From Mobula hypostoma (Eukaryota), in assembly GCF_963921235.1 (NCBI RefSeq), contig NC_086097.1, positions 82,834,001 through 82,898,000 of the forward strand: a stretch of DNA of 64,000 nucleotides, written 5' to 3'. The position numbers and the translations under genes are program-made. This document shows, piece by piece, positions 1-9,500 of the stretch; the stretch's first letter is position 1; the number at the start of each line of letters is the position of its first letter. Under the pieces are notes generated by a model, which ran no database searches, had not been told where the DNA came from, and saw nothing but the letters and a program-made list of their open reading frames with translations.

Positions 1-1584
1 CAGGAATTCTGCAGATGCTGGAAATTCAAGCAACACACATCAAAGTTGCTGGTGAACGCAGCAGGCCAGGCAGCATCTATAGGAAGAGGCGCAGTCGACG
101 TTTCAGGCCGAGACCCTTCGTCAGGACTAACTGAAGGAAGAGTGAGTAAGGGATTTGAAAGCTGGAGGGGGAGGGGGAGATCCAAAATGATAGGAGAAGA
201 CAGGAGGGGGAGGGATGGAGCCGAGAGCTGGACAGGTGATAGGCAGAAGGGGATACGAGAGGATCATGGGACAGGAGGTCCGGGAAGAAAGACGGGGGGG
301 GGGGTGACCCAGAGGATGGGCAAGAGGTATATTCAGAGGGACAGAGGGAGAAAAAGGAGAGTGAGAGAAAGAATGTGTGCATAAAAAAGAGTAACAGATG
401 GGGTACGAGGGGGAGGTGGGGCCTAGCGGAAGTTAGAGAAGTCAATGTTCATGCCATCAGGTTGGAGGCTACCCATACGGAATATAAGGTGTTGTTCCTC
501 CAACCTGAGTGTGGCTTCATCTTTACAGTAGAGGAGGCCGTGGATAGACATGTCAGAATGGGAATGGGATGTGGAATTAAAATGTGTGGCCACTGGGAGA
601 TCCTGCTTTCTCTGGCGGACAGAGCGTAGATGTTCAGCGAAGCGGTCTCCCAGTCTGCGTCGGGTCTCACCAATATATAAAAGGCCACATCGGGAGCACC
701 GGACGCAGTATATCACCCCAGTCGACTCACAGGTGAAGTGATGCCTCACCTGGAAGGTCTGTTTGGGGCCCTGAATGGTGGTAAGGGTGGAAGTGTAAGG
801 GCATGTGTAGCACTTGTTCCGCTTACACGGATAAGTGCCAGGAGGGAGATCAGTGGGGAGGGATGGGGGGGACGAATGGACAAGGGAGTTGTGCAGGGAG
901 CGATCCCTGCGGAATGCAGAGAGAGGGGGGGAGGGAAAGATATGCTTAGTGGTGGGATCCCGTTGGAGGTGGCGGAAGTTACGGAGAATAATATGTTGGA
1001 CCCGGAGGCTGGTGGGGTGGTAGGTGAGGACCAGGGGAACCCTATTCCTAGTGGGGTGGTGGGAGGATGGAGTGAGAGCAGATGTACGTGAAATGGGGGA
1101 GATGCGTTTAAGAGCAGAGTTGATAGTGGAGGAAGGGAAGCCCCTTTCTTTAAAAAATGAAGACATCTCCCTCGTCCTAGAATGAAAAGCCTCATCCTGA
1201 GAGCAGATGCGGCGGAGACGGAGGAATTGCGAGAAGGGGATGGCGTTTTTGCAAGAGACAGGGTGAGAAGAGGAATAGTCCAGATAGCTGTGAGAGTCAG
1301 TAGGCTTATAGTAGACATCAGTGGATAAGCTGTCTCCAGAGACAGAGACAGAAAGATCTAGAAAGGGGAGGGAGGTGTCAGAAATGGACCAGGTAAACTT
1401 GAGGGCAGGGTGAAAGTTGGAGGCAAAGTTAATAAAGTCAACGAGTTCTGCATGCGTGCAGGAAGCAGCACCAATGCAGTCGTCGATGTAGCGAAGGAAA
1501 AGTGGGGGACAGAGACCAGAATAGGCACGGAACATAGATTGTTCCACAAACCCAACAAAAAGGCAGGCATAGCTAGGACCCATA
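1..1584 (-). mobile_element. Penelope-like retroelement (Neptune-type), 5'-truncated, young; RT C-terminal half + GIY-YIG endonuclease + 3' pLTR
   Basis: Open ORF 423..1583: MGPSYA..RYIDD..FLD (PLE RT), CKRNKCYTC Cys linker, VIYCVRC..LYIGET..R..EH GIY-YIG. The 3' end runs off the window start. Confidence 0.92.
92..129 (-). ncRNA. Minimal type-I hammerhead ribozyme motif in PLE pLTR
   Basis: Reverse complement: TAGTC-CTGACGA-AGG(GTCTCGG)CCT-GAAA-C-GTC^GACTG. Confidence 0.8.
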
Positions 1585-2988
1585 TTATAGGCCGGTTAGC
1601 CTAACGTCGGTGGTGGGGAAACTGCTGGAGTCAGTTATCAAGGATGTGATAACAGCACATTTGGAAAGCGGTGAAATGATCGGACAAAGTCAGCATGGAT
1701 TTGTGAAAGGAAAATCATGTCTGACGAATCTCATAGAATTTTTTGAGGATGTAACTAGTAGAGTGGATAGGGGAGAACCAGTGGATGTGGTATATTTGGA
1801 TTTTCAAAAGGCTTTTGACAAGGTCCCACACAGGAGATTAGTGTGCAAACTTAAAGCACACGGTATTGGGGGTAAGGTATTGGTGTGGGTGGAGAATTGG
1901 TTAGCAGACAGGAAGCAAAGAGTGGGAATAAACGGGACCTTTTCAGAATGGCAGGCGGTGACTAGTGGGGTACCGCAAGGCTCAGTGCTGGGACCCCAGT
2001 TGTTTACAATATATATTAATGACTTGGATGAGGGAATTAAATGCAGCATCTCCAAGTTTGCAGATGACACGAAGCTGGGTGGCAGTGTTAGCAGTGAGGA
2101 GGATGCTAAGAGGGATGCAGGGTGACTTGGATAGGTTGGGTGAGTGGGCAAACTCATGGCAGATGCAATTTAATGTGGATAAATGTGAAGTTATCCACTT
2201 TGGTGGCAAAAATAGGAAAACAGATTATTATCTGAATGGTGGCCGATTAGGAAAAGGGGAGGTGCAACGAGACCTGGGTGTCATTATACACCAGTCATTG
2301 AAAGTGGGCATGCAGGTACAGCAGGCGGTGAAAAAGGCGAACGGTATGCTGGCATTTATAGCGAGAGGATTCGAGTACAGGAGCAGGGAGGTACTACTGC
2401 AGTTGTACAAGGCCTTGGTGAGACCACACCTGGAGTATTGTGTGCAGTTTTGGTCCCCTAATCTGAGGAAAGACATCTTTGCCATAGAGGGAGTACAAAG
2501 AAGGTTCACCAGATTGATTCCTGGGATGGCAGGTCTTTCATATGAAGAAAGATTGGATGAACTGGGCTTGTACTCGTTGGAATTTAGAAGATTGAGGGGG
2601 GATCTGATTGAAACGTATAAGATCCTAAAGGGATTGGACAGGCTAGATGCGGGAAGATTGTTCCCGATGTTGGGAAGGTCCAGAACGAGGGGTCACAGTT
2701 TGAGGATAGAGGGGAAGCCTTTTAGGACCGAGATTAGGAAAAACTTCTTCACACAGAGAGTGGTGAATCTGTGGAATTCTCTGCCACAGCAAACTGTTGA
2801 AGCCAGTTCATTGGCTATGTTTAAGAGGGAGTTAGATATGGCCCTTGTGGCTACAGGGGTCAGGGGGTATGGAGGGAAGGCTGGGTTCTGAGTTGGATGA
2901 TCAGCCATGATCATAATAAATGGTGGTGCAGGCTCGAAGGGCCGAATGGCCTACTCCTGCACCTATTTTCTATGTTTCTATGTTTCTA
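1585..2988 (+). mobile_element. CR1 LINE, 3' part (RT + 3' UTR + (TTTCTATG)n tail), young
   Basis: [33 protein letters not shown] motifs; 1-nt frameshift near 2110; octamer tail at 2967-2988. Confidence 0.93.
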
Positions 2989-3099
2989 TATTATCAAAGG
3001 AGGATATTACAGCTTTATGGCACTCAGTCACTTTTACAGGTTGACCAATTACGAAGAGTAGTTTGCTACTGATGGATGACATACTAAGCTGCTTTCACA

Positions 3100-3269
3100 A
3101 CACACTTAAAATGATGGAGGAACTCAGCAAGTCAGAAAGCATCTGTGGAGCGGAATATACAATTTATTCCCCTCCATAGATGCTGCCTGACTTGCTGAAT
3201 TCCTCCAGTATTTTGTCTGTGTTGTTCAAGATTTCTAGCATCTGCAGAATCCCTTTTGTTTATGATGAA
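3100..3269. mobile_element. Miniature PLE-derived hairpin insertion (two inverted pLTR 3' ends)
   Basis: Left arm is the reverse complement of the right arm; flanked by direct repeat CTGCTTTCACA (3089-3099 and 3270-3280). Confidence 0.75.
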
Positions 3270-3440
3270 CTGCTTTCACAGCAAGTTAATGCGGTGTTAT
3301 TCGACATCTCTGTGGCATAACATAATTGATAAAACTCTAATGGTGTTGTATTATGCATTACCAGGAAAGTGCACTTTTGTTTTTTGTGATTTTAAAAGGA
3401 TGCTGTAATCTATATTAATGCTGTTTCATACTGCTTTTAG

Positions 3441-3578
3441 ATTTGAAACCTTGGGACAAGAAATGAACAATCTGGAGTCTCGGATCAATGAAGTAAATAA
3501 AGCAGCAAACCACCTGATAGAGAGTGGCCACCCCAGCACTCGGGAAGTTAAAACATGTCAGGATCATGTGAACCAAAG
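3441..3578 (+). CDS. sptb: sptb exon (138 nt, phase 2-2): [10 protein letters not shown]...QDHVNQR
   Basis: cttttag|A TTT GAA ... CAA AG|gtacg. Confidence 0.92.
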
Positions 3579-6500
3579 GTACGCCTTCAATTTCTTTTCA
3601 GTTGCAGAAGATGGGATTTGAAGTAGCTTTTTTTTTGACTTGAGAAAGAGTGTTCCAAGCCTCAGAAAATAAGTGGAAAGATTATTTATCCTATTTAACT
3701 CTTCTTGAAAGATGCACACAGGTTATTTGTCCTTCCGCATTTGGTGCCTAACTTCTTCCTTTCAATGGATCTTTCCCTTTTTCTTTTGTATTCTTCAGTA
3801 TGCATTAATTCATCACACTTATTGAATAGCAGTACGTTTTTGTCACAGGATATTTACTTTGTCACAGCAGGCAGGCGGTTATCCAAGTATATAAGCAAAA
3901 TCCTGTGGTTGCTGGAAATTTGAGATAAAACAGAAAATTCTACAAGTACTCAGCAGGATAGGTAGCATTTATGGAAAGACCATTAGACAGTGATTGGGAA
4001 GGATAGAGGCACCAGGACTTAGAACAAAGAAACATAGAAACATAGAAACATAGAAAATAGGTGCAGGAGTAGGCCATTCGGCCCTTCGAGCCTGCACCGC
4101 CATTTATTATGATCATGGCTGATCATCCAACTCAGAACCCTGCCCCAGCCTTCCCTCCATACCCCCTGACCCCTGTAGCCACAAGGGCCATATCTAACTC
4201 CCTCTTAAATATAACCAATGAACTGGCCTCAACTGTTTCCTGTGGCAGAGAATTCCACAGATTCACCACTCTCTGTGTGAAGAAGTTTTTCCTAATCTCG
4301 GTCCTAAAAGGCTTCCCCTCTATCCTCAAATTGTGGCCCCTCGTTCTGGACTTCCCCAACATTGGGAACAATCTTCCTGCATCTAGCCTGTCCAATCCCT
4401 TTAGGATCTTATACGTTTCAATCAGATCCCCCCTCAATCTTCTAAATTCCAACGAGTACAAGCCCAGTTCATCCAGTCTTTCTTCATATGAAAGTCCAGC
4501 CATCCCAGGAATCAATCTGGTGAACCTTCTTTGTACTCCCTCTATGGCAAAGATGTCTTTCCTCAGATTAGGGGACCAAAACTGCACACAATACTCCAGG
4601 TGTGGTCTCACCAAGGCCTTGTACAACTGCAGTAGTACCTCCCTGCTCCTGTACTCGAATCCTCTCGCTATAAATGCCAGCATACCATTTGCCTTTTTCA
4701 CCGCCTGCTGTACCTGCATGCCCACTTTCAATGACTGGTGTATAATGACATCCAGGTCTCGTTGCACCTCCCCTTTTCCTAATCGGCCACCATTCAGATA
4801 ATAAAGCAACACACATCAAAGTTGCTGGTGAACGCAGCAGGCCAAGCAGCATCTATAGGAAGAGGCGCAGTCGACGTTTCAGGCCGAGACCCTTCGTCAG
4901 GACTAACTGAAGGAAGAGTGAGTAAGGGATTTGAAAGCTGGAGGGGGAGGGGGAGATGCAAAATGATAGGAGAAGACAGGAGGGGGAGGGATAGAGCCGA
5001 GAGCTGGACAGGTGATAGGCAAAAGGGGATACGAGAGGATCATGGGACAGGAGGTCCGGGAAGAAAGACGGGGGGGGGGGGTTGACCCAGAGGATGGGCA
5101 AGAGGTATATTCAGAGGGACAGAGGGAGAAAAAGGAGAGTGAGAGAAAGAATGTGTGCATAAAAATGAGTAACAGATGGGGTACGAGGGGGAGGTGGGGC
5201 CTAGCGGAAGTTAGAGAAGTCAATGTTCATGCCATCAGGTTGGAGGCTACCCAGACGGAATATAAGGTGTTGTTCCTCCAACCTGAGTGTGGCTTCATCT
5301 TTACAGTAGAGGAGGCCGTGGATAGACATGTCAGAATGGGAATGGGATGTGGAATTAAAATGTGTGGCCACTGGGAGATCCTGCTTTCTCTGGCGGACAG
5401 AGCGTAGATGTTCAGCAAAGCGGTCTCCCAGTCTGCGTCGGGTCTCACCAATATATAAAAGGCCACATCGGGAGCACCGGACGCAGTATATCACCCCAGT
5501 CGACTCACAGGTGAAGTGATGCCTCACCTGGAAGGACTGTTTGGGGCCCTGAATGGTGGTAAGGGAGGAAGTGTAAGGGCATGTGTAGCACTTGTTCCGC
5601 TTACACGATAAGTGCCAGGAGGGAGATCAGTGGGGAGGGATGGGGGGGACGAATGGACAAGGGAGTTGTGTAGGGAGCGATCCCTGCGGAATGCAGAGAG
5701 AGGGGGGGAGGGAAAGATGTGCTTAGTGGTGGGATCCTGTTGGAGGTGGCGGAAGTTACGGAGAATAATATGTTGGACCCGGAGGCTGGTGGGGTGGTAG
5801 GTGAGGACCAGGGGAACCCTATTCCTAGTGGGGTGGTGGGAGGATGGAGTGAGAGCAGATGTACGTGAAATGGGGGAGATGCGTTTAAGAGCAGAGTTGA
5901 TAGTGGAGGAAGGGAAGCCCCTTTCTTTAAAAAATGAAGACATCTCCCTCGTCCTAGAATGAAAAGCCTCATCCTGAGAGCAGATGCGGCGGAGACAGAG
6001 GAATTGCGAGAAGGGGATGGCGTTTTTGCAAGAGACAGGGTGAGAAGAGGAATAGTCCAGATAGCTGTGAGAGTCAGTAGGCTTATAGTAGACATCAGTG
6101 GATAAGCTGTCTCCAGAGACAGAGACAGAAAGATCTAGAAAGGGGAGGGAGGTGTCGGAAATGGACCAGGTAAACTTGAGGGCAGGGTGAAAGTTGGAGG
6201 CAAAGTTAATAAAGTCAACGAGTTCTGCATGCGTGCAGGAAGCAGCGCCAATGCAGTCGTCGATGTAGCGAAGGAAAAGTGGGGGACAGATACCAGAATA
6301 GGCACGGAACATAGATTGTTCCACAAACCCAACAAAAAGGCAGGCATAGCTAGGACCCATACGGGTGCCCATAGCTACACCTTTAGTTTGGAGGAAATGG
6401 GAGGAGCAAAAGGAGAAATTATTAAGAGTAAGGACTAATTCCGCTAGACGGAGCAGAGTGGTGGTAGAGGGGAACTGATTAGGTCTGACCACACTTTGCT

Positions 6501-9500
6501 CTCGGCTCTATCCCTCCCCCTCCTGTCTTCTCCTATCATTTTGCATCTCCCCCTCCCCCTCCAGCTTTCAAATCCCTTACTCACTCTTCCTTCAGTTAGT
6601 CCTGACGAAGGGTCTCGGCCTGAAACGTCGACTGCGCCTCTTCCTATAGATGCTGCTTGGCCTGTTGCGTTCACCAGCAACTTTGATGTGTGTTGCTTGA
6701 ATTTCCAGCATCTGCAGAATTCCTGTTGTTTGCGTTTAAATTCAGATAATAATCTGTTTTCCTATTTTTGCCACCAAAGTGGATAACTTTACATTTATCC
6801 ACATTAAATTGCATCTGCCATGAATTTGCCCACTCACCCAACCTATCCAAGTCACCCTGCATCCTCTTAGCATCCTCCTCACAGCTAACACTGCCGCCCA
6901 GCTTCGTGTCATCCGCAAACTTGGAGATGCTGCATTTAATTCCCTCATCCAAGTCATTAATATATATTGTAAACAACTGGGGTCCCAGCACTGAGCCTTG
7001 CGGTACCCCACTAGTCACCACCTGCCATTCTGAAAAGGTCCCGTTTATTCCCACTCTTTGCTTCCTGTCTGCTAACCAATTCTCCACCCACACCAATACC
7101 TTACCCCCAATACCGTGTGCTTTAAGTTTGCACACTAATCTCCTGTGTGGGACCTTGTCAAAAGCCTTTTGAAAATCCAAATATACCACATCCACTGGTT
7201 CTCCCCTATCCACTCTACTAGTTACATCCTCAAAAAATTCTATGAGATTCGTCAGACATGATTTTCCTTTCACAAATCCATGCTGACTTTGTCCAATCAT
7301 TTCACCGCTTTCCAAATGTGCTGTTATCCCATCCTTGATAACTGACTCCAGCAGTTTCCCCACCACCGACGTTAGGCTAACCGGTCTATAATTCCCCAGT
7401 TTCTCTCTCCCTCCTTTTTTAAAAAGTGGGGTTACATTAGCCACCCTCCAATCCTCAGGAACTAGTCCAGAATCTAACGAGTTTTGAAAAATTATCACTA
7501 ATGCATCCACTATTTCTTGGGCTACTTCCTTAAGCACTCTAGGATGCAGACCATCTGGCCCTGGGGATGTAACAGTGTAACCCAGTCCAGGTCCTTCAGC
7601 TCATGATGTTGTGCCGAATTTTTAACCTACTCCAAAATCAATCTTGCCCTTCCCTCCTTCATAAACCTTTATTTTCTATCATCCACGTGCCTGTCTAAAA
7701 TTCTCTTAAATATCTCTTATATATCTGGCCTCTACCACCTCCCCAGCAGTGTTTTCCAGGCACCTACCAGTCTCTGTCTGAAATAAAACTCCCTTTGACA
7801 TCCAATCATACTTTCCTCCAATCACCTTAAAATTATACTCTCTCACATTAGCCAGTCCCACCAGAGGGAAAAGAAATCATTGGCTCTCCATCCTATCTAG
7901 ACTTCTTGTCAAGTCACCTCTCATCCCCCTTTCCAAAGAGAAAGCCCTAGCTCACTGAACCTATCTTCAGAAGGCATGCCCACTATCCTAGGCAGCATTC
8001 TGGTCAGACTCTATACCTTTTCTGGAGATTCAAATCCTTCCCATAATGAGGTGACCAAACGGAACACAATGCTCCAAATGTGGTCGAACCAGAGTCTGAT
8101 ACGGCTGCAACATTACCTCACAGCTCTTGAACTCAAATTCCTGACCAACAAAGAACAACATACCATATGTCGCCTTAACGACCCGATCAGCTTCCACGGC
8201 AACACTGAGGGATCCATGGATGTAAACCATAAGAGCTTTCTGATCCTCCACCCTGTTAAGAATCCTGTCATTAATCCTGTATTCTGCCTTCAAGTTTTAC
8301 CTCCCAAAGTGAAATACTCCACACATTTTCAGATTGAATTCCATCTGCCACTTCTCAGCCCAGCTCTGCATCCTATCCATGTCCCTTTATAGCCTACAAC
8401 AAACTTCTGCACTATCCACAACACCACTAAATCAGATATTGTATGATTTGATTTGTGGAGGGAAGAGGCAGAGGAAGGACAGGTATTCAGGGAGTGGATA
8501 CAGCTGGTAGGAGATGGAAGGCCAGTCCTTGAGATTGGATGGAGGTGAATATTTTCTTTGCCCTGTAGGCTTCTCATAATAGTACCCATGGTGGGAAGAC
8601 CTTGTGCTCTGGGAACTGGCCAAAGTTAGGTACTTCCTGGGCAACATGATCCAAGTTTTCCCTCCAGTGCTCCATAAAGAGAGTCAATGGGAAAACTACC
8701 TCATTTCAGAAATGACATCAGTGGCACGAGGTGATTAAAACCAGTAAAAGCTGTTTGAATTTTCAGAGTAACTATCAGAAATGGTCATTAGCAAGTACCA
8801 GTATGACACTGCTGAAAAAGGTGGCATTATGTAGTGGAACTCGAAGGCAAATTTGACTTAGCAAACCTGTGACACATAACTTTGGAATAACCATTCTATC
8901 TTGGATCTTCTTGTAAGGAAAGAAGTGCCTAGAGTCCATTATTGACAGGATTGGTTGTACTGGCAATGGAGAGAGTTCTGCATGGGAAACTCAGTAGAGA
9001 CACTGTTGCTGGAAATGCTGTGGTAGCCTAGTCTTGAGCAATGAGATGGTCAGTGGAGATGGCTGATTCACAACTGATGCTTGATGCTTGACCTCAGGGG
9101 TCTCTGCATAGTTGCTGTTTCTGTCCCATGAACTATTTGAGAAACACACTTATCTTCACCCTGATCCAGATGAAGGTTCCCAACCCAAAATATTGAATGT
9201 ACATTAAACTCCACAAATTTTGCCTGAACTACTGAGTTCCTCCATAATATGTCTTAGTCGATAAGATCATAAGATATACGAGCAGAATTAGGCCACCAGG
9301 CCATTGAAACTGCTCCACCATTTCATCATGGCCATTCCATTTTCCCCCTCAGCTCCAATCTCCTCTCTTCTCCCCATATCCTTTCATACTCTGACAAATC
9401 AAGAAACTATCAATCCCTGCCTTAAATTTACCCAATGACTTGACCTCCACAGCTGCCTGTGGCAATGAATTCCACAGATTCACCCTTCTCTGGCAGAAGA

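Larger units (their letters stand above)
4805..6739 (-). mobile_element. Neptune-type PLE, 5'-truncated, with inverted pLTR (6498-6739, +) and 13-bp TSD
   Basis: RT (GVAMG..RYIDD) + GIY-YIG, split by a 1-nt deletion near 5607; TSD ATTCAGATAATAA at 4792-4804 and 6740-6752. Confidence 0.93.
4028..7568 (-). mobile_element. CR1 LINE (same young family as 1585-2988), interrupted by a PLE at 4805-6739
   Basis: (CATAGAAA)n tail at ~4028-4055; RT ORFs 6671..7537 and 4132..4812 join when the PLE and one TSD copy are removed. Confidence 0.93.

Noticed and set aside
423..2891. RT + GIY-YIG next to a second RT read as a novel two-RT or retron-like system
   Set aside because: They are a PLE and a CR1 on opposite strands within a vertebrate intron; adjacency is explained by nested insertion.
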